Shown: positions 1 to 13,149 of the stretch, piece by piece
Layout of the letters: the number at the start of each line of letters is the position of its first letter
Position numbering within the stretch: position 1 is the first letter of the stretch
Assembly (NCBI GenBank): GCA_001929475.1
Contig: LXFE01000150.1
Location: 1 to 38,994, forward strand
Direction of reading: 5' to 3'
Source of the DNA: Neolecta irregularis DAH-3
Lineage: Eukaryota
Length of the DNA stretch: 38,994 nucleotides
Notes under the pieces: model-generated
Told to the model about the DNA's origin: nothing
What the model saw: only the letters and a program-made list of their open reading frames with translations
Database searches by the model: none
Made by a program: the position numbers and the translations under genes

Positions 1-1505
1 ACAGGCCACACCGGAGCAATAATATACGTAGTTGCCCGTATTCCTGAATCGCGATCGTATATATCCAGTGGAGCCTCCTGAGCGGCAAGTCCGGACACCC
101 AACGCTCACACAAGCAGGACTTTAGAAGTACTTATCTTTTGAATCTCAATTGTTGCAAGGTAAACAAGTGTCAGGGGATCAAAGGAAACAATGAAATCCC
201 AATGTTTGTTTAGATGCAATGAATTTCAGAAAAAATGGAAATGGAAACTTGTAAGGACACACTGTCGGATATTATTCTTCAGTATGACCTTCCACTTGTA
301 GGCAAGTTTTAGATAGATTGAGACTGTGACTTACTGAGACTTGCTGGATCCGATAGTACAGGCAGGCTAAGGAATTGATATTCAAAGGGGTGGGTTAGAA
401 AGTGGTAGAATATACGTTAGTCTTATTTATACTCCACTCGAACACTTACAAAACTTGCCAGATAGTTCTTTCAAGAAGAACAGGCCACAAATATATGGTT
501 AGATCGAGAGCAAGGTGTCAAAGTAATCTAAATTTAGAGCAGAATTCTTATTTATGTGAGTATCTATCATTTCCCTGCTCTATATCTACTCGAATATATT
601 GATGCACCGTTTGTGACACCTATCTGTTCCTTTTGGAGTCTCAGGATCTCGGAAAAAATTCTTTCTCGGTACCATAAATTCTTACCCGTAGTGTTTGAAT
701 ATCCATGCCTGGTCCACTAACTAGGAATTCTTTACACTGGTGGACTCCAAAGAATGAAGACAATGAGAAGGGAATAATTGGCGGGAAAAAATTCCTTCAC
801 AGGATATAAAGAAGGAATTAGGCCTTCTAGCCTTTACTCTGTCCTGAACGATGAGCGAGACATAAACAGTCCATTTCCCACTCAAAAACAATCGCATTCT
901 GGTTTCTCCAGTCTGTGTCACTAGCCAAAGCAGAACTTCTGGTTTCTCAAAATGTTGTGTGTGCAAGGAGTCCCCAAATTCTGTATACAATATATCCTAG
1001 AAAGCAGGATCTGATAGTCTAGAATCAAGTTAATTGGACTAGCTTCCTGGTCTATGACGTACCTGAACCTTGGCCTTTAGAGAATCTTTCTATTTATTGT
1101 AGAATGGAACATGGATTCTCGCGTGCTATATGAAGCAGCTCCTCTCATGTTAGCGGGATCGCTAATATTTTCATTCATTTCAGCAACGTTAAAGCAGGTC
1201 TTGATGGCACCTTTCTCCACCTGTTTCAAATCAATTATTGTTATGAACAGTTTTGCGGGAAGTACGTAGCTGTAGAAATTAAATCATTCTCTATATAAAC
1301 GAACTCCCCAAAAGTCAATATTCATCTTTTATGGCTGCGAATAAAATAAACCACATAAATCTAACTGCATTATCGTAATCTGAAGGGAAAATTGACGGTA
1401 TTGATGCAAAAATGATGCTTTCAATGTTCTTGGTGTTCTCATATATGACGCACAGCCTGATCAACCACAAAATGGAGTTTCTCCAACTTCATTTCTCAAT
1501 CCAAA

Positions 1506-2487
1506 ATGCCGCCCAAGAGAAAATCCGCACGCACAGCCTCAATCATCAATGACGCTGATGTCATCAAAAAGGCAAAAACCGGATTACAAGTTGGCGATAG
1601 CATCCGTGATCTCGATATCATTTTAAAAGATCAAGACGATCAGGATGTCAAGGTCAGCGAGCTTTCGAATGCCATCGTGTTTGCCTATCCGAAAGCTTCA
1701 ACTCCCGGATGTACAACTCAGGTCCGAAATAGATCCTCGGTGTACTAGAACTAACTGCTGGCAGGCCTGCGGATTCCGAGATATGTTTGAAGAGATTCAA
1801 AATGCTGGATACCAAGTCTATGGCCTATCGCGAGACAACACCAACGCCCAAAAGAATTTTGTCGCCAAGCAGAATCTGCCTTACAAGCTTCTTTCAGATC
1901 CGGATGGGCTTCTAGTCACGGCTCTCGGCGCCGATTCTTTTGGAAATAAAGTCACTCGGAGTCATTGGATTATTGACGCTGGAGGTAAACTAGAAGTTGT
2001 CGAGATAAAAGTCACACCCAAGAATAGCTTCACCCAAACCGTTGAGTTTGTGAAAAATAAAGCCGGCGGCCAGAAAATGGATGTTGATGTCTCTGAGATG
2101 GGCGAAGGCGAACCTCTCAAGGATGAGCTAGTCATGGAACTAAAAGATTCGAAGATCGATGATGAAACCTCCATCCTTACAAATATCCTCCCTGTGCATT
2201 CGGCGGTCAAACAACTTGATTTTGCCGAACCGCTACCGAAACAAAGCGATGGTCTGGAAGGGCTAGAAACTAATAAAACGACCGAATTCGTTCAAATTCA
2301 GAAGGTCCAAGAAGAATTAGGTAGTTCTGCGCATGTTGAAATGCCACCGGCTGTTGCTCAATCGAACGGAAACAACATCGAAAAAGAAGTGTTTCAACCC
2401 CTAGAAGCGACAAAAGAAGCAATAGTCAAACCGTCCGAAGAACTAAAAATCGAAGAGCCTTTGGTCGCGGATAATATTGGAAGCTAA
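1506..2487 (+). CDS. DOT5: BCP/PrxQ-type peroxiredoxin (DOT5/Bcp1-like) with a basic N-terminus and a long acidic C-terminal tail; 2 exons
   Basis: Exon 1506-1721, 43-nt GT-AG intron 1722-1764 (branch CTAAC), exon 1765-2487. Splicing gives YPKASTPGCTTQACGFRD, the PxxxTxxC...C motif of BCP peroxiredoxins; N-terminal PPKRK is NLS-like. Confidence 0.9.
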
Positions 2488-2608
2488 TATGCTGAAATGC
2501 ATCCACTGTTGTACGCATGGATCGTCTATAGTATTCCATCTTGTAACTACTTCACCTGTTTATCATGTAATATATCTATATCCCACGGGGATGGCCAAAC
2601 CCCCAAAT

Positions 2609-4490
2609 TCACCTCGTGCCACCTTCCTCAAGTCTTCTATAGTCAGGCTTTCCATCGTCAGCAATTAACCAATCTCTCTCGTCCAGAACAGCAGAATTGT
2701 CTATGGCTGCAGTTCCCAAATTGAGAGGTGTGATTTCGTCACCATCGCCGTAGAGACTTAGACGGGCTATGGATGAAGGCGTAGGCGCGATACTTGTGTC
2801 TCCGAATAAAGAATCCATTTCTTCCAGAGCAAGTCCTGCGGTTTCAGGATAAAAGAAATATACTTTTTTGTTATGAGATTGTTTTGACGTATCGTTCAAG
2901 CATACCCACGATGAATGACAATACACAAGAGGTAGCATGGATTAAATAGAGTCTCCATTTGATAAGATCTTGTAAGATTGGCGTCAATTCTCCTACGACC
3001 CAGTTGAAGGCCCAGTTGGTTGCTGTTGAGAGGGAAGCGCCTTTAGCTCTAATCTTGAGAGGGAGAATTTCAGGTGGATAGAGCCAAGGGATCGGGCCCC
3101 ATGCAAACCCAAAAACTGTACCATCGTCAGCATGAGCAAAGATACAGAGAACCATACATGCATTGTATATGATCACAAAAACAACAACGAGAGAGGGTGT
3201 TGGTGGTCGATCCCACCACATAAGAATAGATATGATCGTCAAGGAGACACACATAACAAAAGCACCCCACAAAAGACATGGACGTCGTCCCCATCTATCG
3301 ACAACATACCAGGGAGGGATAGTACTGAGAACGTAGATAATTCCGTTGATTCCAGTCATCAGAACAGCATTACGGCCTACCCAGCCCGCTTGTTCGAATA
3401 CAAGTGGAGCATAGTAAGAAATCACGTTGATTCCATTGAGTTGTGCGAACATTTGAGAGGACATGGCGATTCCTAGACGACGTTTGTAACGTTTGAACAT
3501 GTGCATATAACTTCGTTCACCTTCGAGGCGCTATTATTATAAGTTTGAACAGCTGAAGTGATATCAAAACCATCAAAAGAATCCCTTCCTTAATTTCTCG
3601 GTATCCTTCACGAGCTCGTGGATGATTTATGTCTCCACCACCGTGGAGATTTGCAATGACCCGCATTCCTTCTTCATCATGGTCATGATCAAGCAACCAT
3701 CGAGGACTTTCGGAAATTACAAAGTATCCAAGAGCAAGAAGTGAGCCCATTACACATTGTAGGAATAAAGGAAGCCTCCAACTATAATCATCCTCAATAA
3801 ATGAACAAAAGTAATCGACCCAGACAGACGAAGCGTAACCGACAACATTTCCAGTAAACTCTATACATGCGAGTTTTCCGCGGTTATGCGAAGGAGAGAT
3901 TTCAGATTGATAAATAGGCACGATAGTACTAGAAGAATCAACAAAGATGGAAAGGGTTAGGGGAAAATTAATACGAGAGCATACCGACTCCAACCCCACT
4001 GAGAATTCGACCAAGAAGCAAGGATTTGAAACCAACCGAAGAAGCCTGCACAGCTCCTCCTATTACGAAAATGATTGAGCCATAAAATATAGTTTTTCTT
4101 CTTCCGATAATATCACCTATACGACCAACCATTAGAGACGAAACTTGAGGTTAACTTAATTTAGAAATATATTTATACAGAATGCACCGACTTCAAGTAT
4201 GGCAACCATTGTACCTAGTTCTGCCCTGGTTGGTTGATTAAAATAATCTTTGAAATAGGGACCCCTTATACATCAGGTCTGAACAATTTGGCCAGCATAC
4301 GTGATAAGTCCAGACATGACACCCTGGTCATAGCTGCAAATGTTATTTTCCGTGGACATGGTAAAATGTACCCGAACAAGAAGACGCCAAGGCTGACGAA
4401 TACACTTGTAAAGTATCTGGATAATGAGATATCAACCTCGGAGGGGTTTTACAGCAACGGCTTTCCCGTGAAGCCACCTGATATACCCAT
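2609..4490 (-). CDS. MFS sugar porter (fungal monosaccharide transporter family); 9 exons
   Basis: ATG at 4490. Spliced motifs LFGYDQGVMSG, DIIGRRKT, VPIYQSEISP..NRGKL, ESPRWL, QLNGINVISYY, VDRWGRR, WGPIPWLYPPEI and YPETAG are sugar-porter signatures. Stop at 2609. Confidence 0.93.
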
Positions 4491-5708
4491 CAAACGGCAG
4501 ATGTACCTCTCGAAAGCTGAAATTTGTCGCGGTCCAACTTCCGGGTATTTGAATCTGACTGCCCTATGATTTGGTTGTGGTTCTTTTGTCTTTTCGTCGA
4601 CTAGGGATGATTCTTCACAAGAAACCCTGGACGACACTGAACACCTGTGGTGGTGACGAGGAAGTCTTCTTAAAGGAATCACGACGGCTAGGGGTAATAA
4701 AAGGAAGACCAGAGGATCGGAATTTGGATTGTCTGTTGTGTTTGTGCAAGAAAAATGATGCTTCTAGTGCCTTTGACGCATGTACGAACGGCGATATCTT
4801 CAATTCTGATGACAGGAAACGTCTTCTAAGCAAGGTTTGTTAGGAAGATGCGAGAAAACACAACCAAGATCCGCAGAGTATTTGGTGCCGTTCGCTCCTT
4901 ACTTGCCCAGTATAATATAACAATGGGAGGGTATCGCGCTAATACTCGACCTCAAAATGACCCTGATATACAGTCGGATATTATATCCACAGATCGAGGC
5001 TCTCTAGCGATAGGAAAAGTCGTGGCAGGTATCCGGTCTAATCAGCGATAGATTCAGTTTGATTGTCGTTTTATCTCTAAAGCATTCAAAAAGGCCGATA
5101 CACTGCAGTTAAAAATGAAATTCTGGTACAAAGACAACGGCGGTAAATACAACAGCCGACTGGTCGATGGCTCCAACTACATGGATGACTCGAACATCCT
5201 CTACTGTCCAATTGGACCAACATATATGCAGTGATTGTATCTGCTTCAAGCGTAGATGGCTGCTGACTCAGATGCGAATAGAGATCCGTCTTGGTGGATA
5301 CACTTTACCCGTTCCAAAAGACACTTGTCGCTAATGTCTTGTTAACATACCGCTATTTCTCGCTCTTCTCGTAACTACTCGGTCTGAGTTAGATCTATAA
5401 TGAAATGACAGAATATAAAAAGCTGGTGCATCAAAACAGCTGGCAACTTTATTCTGCGGCAGATCAAGCTTGGACAGCCCTAGTCTATACAAGGCTAAAA
5501 CTAAACACTTGTCAACAAAAGGGATCTTTCAGCTCTTCTCTTTCCTTCGCCCTGCTCACTGCTCCGGCTCCCTTAAAATCCTCCACTCTACCTTTCTTAA
5601 CGCAGGCGTCCCAATTCTTGCTCCGCGAGCTTATATTCCTTCTGCCCAACAATTCAGGGTTAGAAACTCGGATCTATTGGCCACTGCATCGAACACAGAG
5701 GAAAAAAC

Positions 5709-6742
5709 ATGGGATTCGGGGATTTTGGGTGTGATCTGTCTGAAAAACTCGGTATAGTAATACTATTCTAGTCCTTTATGCTCAAGAGATACATTACCAG
5801 CGTGCAATCTATTTGAAAACAGGGTATACAAGCGGGTGTGTGTCCTGAATGGTTTTTGCACTGGAACTCATGATGTGCGGAATATCGGTATATTATGATA
5901 CGGTTAATCCTTTGCTAATTAGTGTAACTAGGCGATACTATTCTTTGCGTCATCGGTATGGGCGTTGCAATTTGGTTAATAATTTGCTCGCAAAGGAAAC
6001 GAGCTGCTGTTGGTATGTCGGTTTGACATGTGAGTACCTGAACGGTTAGGTCGTCGTGAAATGCAGCTCTTCCTCTTGACTTACTTTTTCATCTGTTTCG
6101 TTCAGATGTTTAGTATGGGGGGATGGTTAACGGACAACGGAGCGCTCATCTGGTTCACTGCAATGCACTTAGGGTTTATTGCATCTCTAGCATGGCTACT
6201 TGTTGTGCAAGCCTTTACACATTATCAAGTCTCGCCACGAAATTTCGAAGACGGGACGGTGGGTGCATTATCGGTTACTCTGGTCATCTCATTCATCTTC
6301 TTCATTTCCACGCTTTACATCTCCCTTGACACCGGATTTACTCTCAGTGGGAAATACTATCACCCAGGGTCCGATCTCTATGCTCCTGAAATCTATGGGT
6401 TGTCTCTGCTATGGCCTTTACTGGCTGTCATTTTTTTCGTCATTGCAGAGATATATCTCGTGTTGCGAAGATTAAGGGAAAGACGACCTCTGGGACTCCT
6501 TGCCTTTGCATTAGTCGCCTTCATCATTGGCCAGATCTTTATGTTTGGTTTCAGCGTATTCATTTGTGAGAGCACCAACGGAAGGCTCGACGGATCATTT
6601 TTCGAGACCTTTTTTCTCATTTGGGCCATCATTCTGTTATGGGGGTATGCTTCGTCTTTCTATACGAATGCTCATTATCAGCTTTTGGAGTTCAATAACC
6701 GAAGACAACTGGCAGGATGATGGTCCTCTTGCGTCTGCCTGA
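5709..6742 (+). CDS. CHS7: Chitin synthase export chaperone CHS7-like multi-TM ER protein; 5 exons
   Basis: Spliced N-terminus MGFGDFGPLCSRDTLPACNLF...QRKRAAVGRREMQLFL, internal FEDGT and GRLDGSFFETFF, C-terminus FWSSITEDNW; all typical of the Chs7 family. May be the CHS7-like paralogue rather than the orthologue. Confidence 0.85.
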
Positions 6743-7169
6743 GCGTATGGAATAGAATTTGCATCGGTACTCTGGAAAGTTAATCCTGTTATCTATAGTG
6801 GATGGAAATTTTCTACGACAATCCTGCATAGGGTTCTTTATGAATTGCAATGTATGTTATCAATACGATTTGTTTTTGTGTACTGTGAAATAGGCGTTTA
6901 GGATTTACGCTGCTTGCTTGAAGTCTAGATATAAATTCGCTTACTTATCGACTACAGGTCTTTTCTCAAGACGGATCTCATCACATCATGCTGAACAGCA
7001 GATGGCTCTCTGATCATATCAACATTATTCATTATTTCGAAGACAAGGAATAAATCGTAATATGAGACAATCAGCCACATGATGCCTATCTCAGCCTCGG
7101 GAGATAGTCTAATTCTTATCACCTCCCTTGTGCTGCTATATGTGGAGATCATCGCGCTTGTTCTCCACC

Positions 7170-8530
7170 ATGAGCAAGTTTCTGATCCCAAAAGCGACGC
7201 CGTCTTTGAATGTAAAGGGTGCATTCTCGCATTCCAAGGATATTAGTCTTGAAACTACAAAAATTCTATCAGATTTACTAGAGCGGGATTTCAAAGAAGT
7301 GTCTACACACTTGCAAGAAGACCACTAATCTGTAGCACAGTATCCTTATAAATAAGATTGGCCTTCATAGTCACCTGAGCCATCATCTTCTCGCTTGTTA
7401 CTCATTTGGTGTTCCTTCGAAGCGACTCGCGGAGATTTACGAAGTTGACAAGAAAGATCATAAGCTACCCCGCGGCAAATTTCACCAAGACTTTAAATGG
7501 GGTGATAAAATTACATTTAACAATTACGACTATTATCCTGATTTAGCGAATTTCTTTGCCCAACAAGCAGAAAAATTGGGTTCGATTGCCGCTGTTGAAA
7601 AATATGTCTTTGGAGACGAACATGATATGTTTAAACGGTGTTCTTTGAACCTTTTTCATAAACATTGCTTAATTGATAGATTTATGAGCGGGGCATATCA
7701 TTGTTTAATCCACATTGGTTACGGCATTGAGTTTGATCTTCCGATCATGGTGGTCGAAGGTATCAGATTATACTATATGATATTTACAACCTTAAGGTCT
7801 CGCGGAAACGGCCCTTCATAAACCAACTGTTGGTGCATTATATCCTGATGATATATCCAAGCTTTCGCTTGAAAATGAAAATCTCACCACCGAGGAGATT
7901 GTCAGGCAGGTTGTTGATGATAAACGATTTGACAATATGTTATCCTTTTCCGATTCCCCTAAACTCAATGTTGTAATGAAGAACCCAGACCTCGTTCTCG
8001 AATATGCTTCAAAATGGTCTGTCGACGAGACCAACCTCGAGGAAAAGGCGAACGAGCTTATCCATCTAGCAGTTGTCGTCTTTGCTGGTGCCCAACGACC
8101 AGACAAAGATTTGAACCTCGACTTCTTTTTGATGCATACCCTCACTAGTTCATTATTCTTACCAAGCTACATCAATGCTCTTTCCAAGAAGAATGCTGTC
8201 AAATTGCTGAAAGCTAAATTTGCTCTTGATCTGGCATACTGGGTTTCCCGGGGCAGACCAAGTATTGACTTGACTGTTGCCGAAAAGATGGGAGCAAAGT
8301 ACAGCTGGGATGAAATAATCAAGATCGGAAACGAAAGTCGTGATGATCATGTTCCGAAAGTTGTACGAGCCGCCAAATTCGCTGAAGTCCGATGTGGTGA
8401 CAAGGAAGGAATATATCGTGGTATAGCAGCAATGACTGTGGTAAAAATTACGGTCGAGGGTGGACGTTATAATCAAGATGGTGTTGGTTTTGATGAATGT
8501 TGGCAGGATATACCTGCTCGAAAATACTGA
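7170..8530 (+). CDS. Questin-oxidase-like / HypA-AflY family oxidoreductase; 4 exons
   Basis: Spliced motifs GLHSHLSHHLLACYSFG, RFMSGAYHCLIHIGYGIEFD, LDFFLMHTLTSSLF and DDHVPKVVRA match this family's conserved His/Asp blocks. Confidence 0.8.
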
Positions 8531-8629
8531 TCTTCAATGGGATTCATAGTACGTATAAATATTGGACGATTCATACAAACTCAACAGCTGCTTCGGATAT
8601 TGTGCTGTTTCCGCTTATATGTAAGCTTA

Positions 8630-9396
8630 TTAGAACCCTCCATCAAACCCTCCATCAAACCCCCCATCATAAGAATCCCCTCTGTAGCCCTCTCCGTCCA
8701 TATAGCCTTGATCTATGGAATCAGCTTGATATGTAATACGAAGGAGGTACCATAGGCCAATTCTTCGCGGTTATGATGTTCCCCAAGTTCATGACCAATT
8801 AATCCACCAGCTAGTCCACCCAGTGCAAGACCGCCTACCAATGGCATCATATTGCCCATTCCACCGCTAGCCCGCCCACCTTTTTGTGGTTGCTGTTGGT
8901 AAGCAGGATACTGAGACTGGTTCTGCGGTTGAGGGGGATATGGTGCAGCAGTTTGGTTTTGCGCATAGGGCACGCTATAGGGTTGCTGATGTTGATATGG
9001 GTATGGTGCTGCACCATAAGGTTGTTGCGGTTGGCCATATTGTCGATTATCTGCATACGGCGGGTTGCTTGAGTATTGCGTTTTGTTGTTGTAGTCGCCT
9101 TGAGGATATTGTGCTGCATTGTATGGTCTATCTCCTGCGTAGCTATTATATACCTGATGGGTGTTGTTGTTTACTGGCGGACCTTGCGAATGAAATTCAT
9201 AGGGAGGCGGTGGAGCAACTGCATTACTCCCTGTGGTGGAGTCAGATATGTATAGCCGGTGATTTGTACCTTTTGGGTGTTCCCAGGTTGTAGTTTTGTC
9301 ACTCGATTTTTCGTTTACATAGAAGTAAGTCCTGTATGTTTCATCCCATTGGGCGATCCAGCCTTCAGGCAGTCCTTCCCGAGTCAAATGCGGCAT
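8630..9396 (-). CDS. WW-domain protein (WWM1-like) with Q/P/Y-rich middle and a Gly-rich hydrophobic C-terminal segment; 3 exons
   Basis: [15 protein letters not shown]...TTWEHP is a WW domain. Introns at 9231-9269 and about 8713-8750; last exon [27 protein letters not shown] ends at TAA 8630-8632. Confidence 0.85.
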
Positions 9397-9617
9397 TGTT
9401 GTTGAATAAAGTTAAGCGGTCTTTTGTTGGAACAGGCAGAGGCGTAGGTTCGGTGGCCGTGTCTCAATTTACGTCATAAGCAACATGTATCAACGCTTTT
9501 TGTCTTGATACACAGCATTGATCAAGTCAAATATACTAAACTTGCATTTCTGTCTTATCAGATATTTATATGAAGCGGCGCGTATTTACATCAAGCAGAG
9601 CCACAAAATACGAAATA

Positions 9618-10130
9618 AGTTCAGCGGCGATTTAACCGACACCCCCCGAAACCTGCCACCCCCAAAAAAAATAGTGCAACACATATATTTGTCTACCCAA
9701 TGTTCTATTCAAAGTTTAGCTGCCATTCAAACATGCAGCTATCAATACTGGCACTTTCTAATGCCTTTGCTGTCTTTGCTTCTAATTCTGGTGCTCTAGC
9801 TACAAATTTTGCCCTTTGTTGTACTTGCTTCATCAATCCTTTTCTATACCTTCTTGTCCTGGAGCTCCTGGATAATTGATTTCTGCTGTTCAATAACCAA
9901 TTCTTGCTGAGCTTGTTGAGCATTAAATGGTTATATTCAAAATTTGGAAGTGCTTTGTGAAAATCAGCAAGCACACGTTTAAATAAATGCAGTTGCAGAT
10001 TAATAGACTCATGCCAGTTGTGTAATAGAGATGCTCCCTCGGAGTAAGCCTGGATAGTGGTAAAGGGAGGGGTCTCCACTTCCCTGGTGTATTAGAGGGG
10101 CATAGCTTAGCTGAGACACTAAGTAGCCAT
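9618..10130 (-). mobile_element. Degenerate Fot1/pogo-type DNA transposon right-end relic (copy 1)
   Basis: TA followed by TIR-like AGTTCAGCGGCGATTTAACCGACACCCCCC at 9616-9647. The minus-strand remnant reads ETPP...QQAQQELVIEQQK...APELEAKTAKALESASIDSCMFEWQL, resembling Fot1-family transposase C-termini (from memory), with a frameshift and stop. About 140 bp is shared with 12577-12718. Confidence 0.65.
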
Positions 10131-10486
10131 GTATATATAGTACCTGTGTGGAAAATACATGTCACAGTAAGGATGACGACTCTCTGCCACGCAGAGATCT
10201 AGTCATTAGCCCTCTGTCACAAGTTGTTTCCAGGGCTCCAAATTGGAGTTCTATTCCAAAGGAAATTTTCTGTCCATCGAATCTTCTCATCTACCCAAGC
10301 AATACCATCTAATATACAGATATAAAGGTAGTACTTTCAATATTAATTACAAGTATTTTGATTGAATGTGCATGTTTGGTTATTCTACTAGAAAACAGGG
10401 ACCAATGCATGGACCACCGTCCACCCTTCGCGAACCGAATCAACCGACGTTGACTTTACTATTTCCCACAATAATTACTCTGCAAA

Positions 10487-11841
10487 ATGGGAAGTAATGA
10501 TTCAGACAAACGGAAACCAAAATCAAGAAGACCCGCAAGTACGTATACATGAATACAGAATTAAAGGTTCTGATAACTAGATACCGCATTCCGACAGCAG
10601 CGGCTGAAAGCTTGGCAACCTATTCTTACTCCAAAAACCGTTCTTCCTCTATTCTTTGCTATTGGTCTCATATTCTCGCCCATAGGCGGCCTCTTGCTCT
10701 ATGCGAGTGAAAAGGCAAGTATATTTCTTTCTGGTTCGAGTGTTGAGACGATAGGTACAAGAGGTTGTTATTGACTTTACAAATTGCCAAACCATCGCAA
10801 CCTCGAGTTACTCCTTTATTCCTCTCCAATACGTCTCAACATCATTTACTGGTCCAAATACTACACCATCGTCGGGCTCTTTGTGGAAAGTTACGACAAA
10901 TCCCGGAGAGAACCCGGTCTGTTCGGTTCAGTTCACGCTCCCTACAAACTTCAAGCCGCCAGTCTTGTTTTACTACCGGCTGACAAACTTTTATCAGAAT
11001 CATCGAAGATATGTAAAAAGTGTCAGTGAAGATCAACTGTCTGGGAAGGCAGTATCAGCTTCTTCGCTGTCAACTGATTGTAAACCGCTCACTTCAGCTG
11101 ACAACGGCAAACCATATTATCCATGTGGTCTTATTGCCAACTCGCTTTTTAATGGTATATATCTCATGCTCGGTCCGTTAAAATCCTAGATACCTTCTCA
11201 ACTCCTGTGCTTCTTAATCCTTCCGGCTCCGCCGAAAATCAAACATATGCCATGACAACACAAGGAATTGCATGGCCTTCTGACAAGACACGATATGGAA
11301 AGACTCTGTACTCCCCTGATATGGTCGAACCTCCCCCAAACTGGGTTGAGCGATTTCCCGACGGATATAATTCTTCCAATTTGCCTGATCTCGAAAATTG
11401 GGAAGCTTTCCAAGTGTGGATGAGAACTGCTGGACTGCCCATATTCAGTAAATTGGCTATGAGGAATGATCATGACATTATGAGCAGTGGAACCTATCAA
11501 GTTGATATTGGTTTGAGTATGTTGTCTTCAAAGTACGAGGCTGAGTATCATCAGATTTCCCTGTGACAGAATATGGTGGCACCAAGAGTCTGGTTTTGTC
11601 AACGCGAACCGTCATCGGAGGACAGAATCCATTTTTAGGTATTGCATATATCGTTGTGGGCGGTATTTGTGTTCTTCTGGGTGCTCTCTTTACTGCCAGA
11701 CATCTTATCAAGCCAAGGTAACATGGTTTTCTTGGAAACCTTTGTTAATGGTACAGAAAACTTGGAAATCATGAATACCTGTCTTTTGATCAGGGTTCAA
11801 CTACCGCTAGAGACGCTGCATCTATTCGGGAACGTCTTTAA
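10487..11841 (+). CDS. CDC50: CDC50/LEM3 family P4-ATPase flippase beta subunit; 6 exons
   Basis: Spliced [61 protein letters not shown] and [11 protein letters not shown]. Intron 2 is GC-AG (10715-10754). Confidence 0.93.
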
Positions 11842-11914
11842 GTATATGAAATATTTGGTTGGTGATATTTTAGTCGTTTGGATCCAATGTTATTTAGCCC
11901 AGGTTACTCGTACT

Positions 11915-12436
11915 CTACGATATTCCGTATTCCGCGAGCTCTTCCATTGTCACCGTGGAATGCTTCACCTTCTCTTTGAAAGCCTCTCCAGACCTCTCTG
12001 CGAGAATACATGCCAACAAATGTTTACAAAGAGGAGGTGAACCAATAATTTGGCCGCCCCAATTCTCATTCCTGCAGGATTCATAGTCCAAGCTGTATGC
12101 AGATACTACAAACCCAGGACAAGTGCAGCTCCACACGTCCGGCCTGACTTCATATGCAACCCGTGAACTCAAACCGTTGTTAGATTGAGTTGATCGAACA
12201 TAATAAACAAAATAGCTGGAGATGCTGTTTTCCAGCTCTACAGAAAACTTTCCGACCAGAGATTGATCAAGTAAATCAAGAGCCGGGAGGAAAAGAGTCG
12301 GTAGCAGAAAATGTAGAGCAATAAGCGCTGAGCGAGTTTGTAAAGCCACTCCTTTAGCCTTGACTTGGTCAATAAGGGCAACGATTGCTTCCGAATGTGT
12401 AGGAGGGGAGATAGGATTGGCTTGCATCCTATTCAT
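11915..12436 (-). CDS. SWS1: SWIM zinc-finger protein, Sws1/ZSWIM7-like (Shu complex)
   Basis: Single exon with LLPTLFLPALDLLD and WSCTCPGF...PLCKHLLAC (CxC-xn-CxH SWIM motif). Confidence 0.75.
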   Translation of the reverse strand: MNRMQANPISPPTHSEAIVALIDQVKAKGVALQTRSALIALHFLLPTLFLPALDLLDQSLVGKFSVELENSISSYFVYYVRSTQSNNGLSSRVAYEVRPDVWSCTCPGFVVSAYSLDYESCRNENWGGQIIGSPPLCKHLLACILAERSGEAFKEKVKHSTVTMEELAEYGIS

Positions 12437-12576
12437 ATCAGACGCATTGAATGTTTGAAAGGGTGCCTTCAGCCTGGAATCTTAATTCGATTAAATTATT
12501 TATGATGAAGTTGAACCATAGTGAGGAAATTATACCAAAGTTACTCTAACCAATAATTCCAAACAAAGGCATACTA

Positions 12577-12718
12577 AACTCAGCGCCGATTTTTAACCGA
12601 CACCCCAAAAAAGTCATGCAGCTATCAATACTAGCTCTTTCTAATGCCTTTACTGTTTTTTTGCTTTCTAATTCTGGTGCTCTAGCTACAAATTTTGCCC
12701 TTTGTTGAGTTGCTTCAT
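12577..12718 (-). mobile_element. Fot1/pogo-type transposon end relic (copy 2, internally deleted)
   Basis: TA + AACTCAGCGCCGATTTTTAACCGACACCCC, then CATGCAGCTATCAATACT...CTAATTCTGGTGCTCTAGCTACAAATTTTGCCCTTTGTTG, nearly identical to 9732-9821 and in the same orientation as copy 1. Confidence 0.65.
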
Positions 12719-13149
12719 TCATTACTCTGAGAAGAATTTGCTAAAACTGGGTGAGATACTACTTGTAAACCCAGTCCTGTAAGTTTACTACAGCCTTACT
12801 TACTGCAAGGTCGGCAGGGGTAATAGGATGGTAGGAAGAATAGGGAGGAATGATCAGAATAATAAATATATTAATGAATATGATTTTCTATAACTGGGCA
12901 GCATTTGTACCACCTATGTCCATCTTGTGCCTTGGTCGCTGAAGGTAGACCGGTTCAGTCTTGCTCCCGTCTTGGGCCATCCAGTGTCCCCATAGGTTAA
13001 TTACTCTCGCACAATACAGAGACTATTTAGTGTTGTACGAGTATAATTATCTAATGGGAGTACACTACTAAACATAATGAAACTATTATCAGATGTAATG
13101 ATGACATAGTTAGAAATGTTCTGAACCAAATTACCCAGTACATGACATA

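Noticed and set aside
4848-5235. Short ORFs in the transporter-CHS7 divergent spacer
   Set aside because: No recognisable family and no consistent exon chain.
8634-8669. 12-bp tandem repeat AACCCTCCATCA
   Set aside because: It simply encodes the DGGF repeats at the WW protein C-terminus; not telomeric or CRISPR-like.
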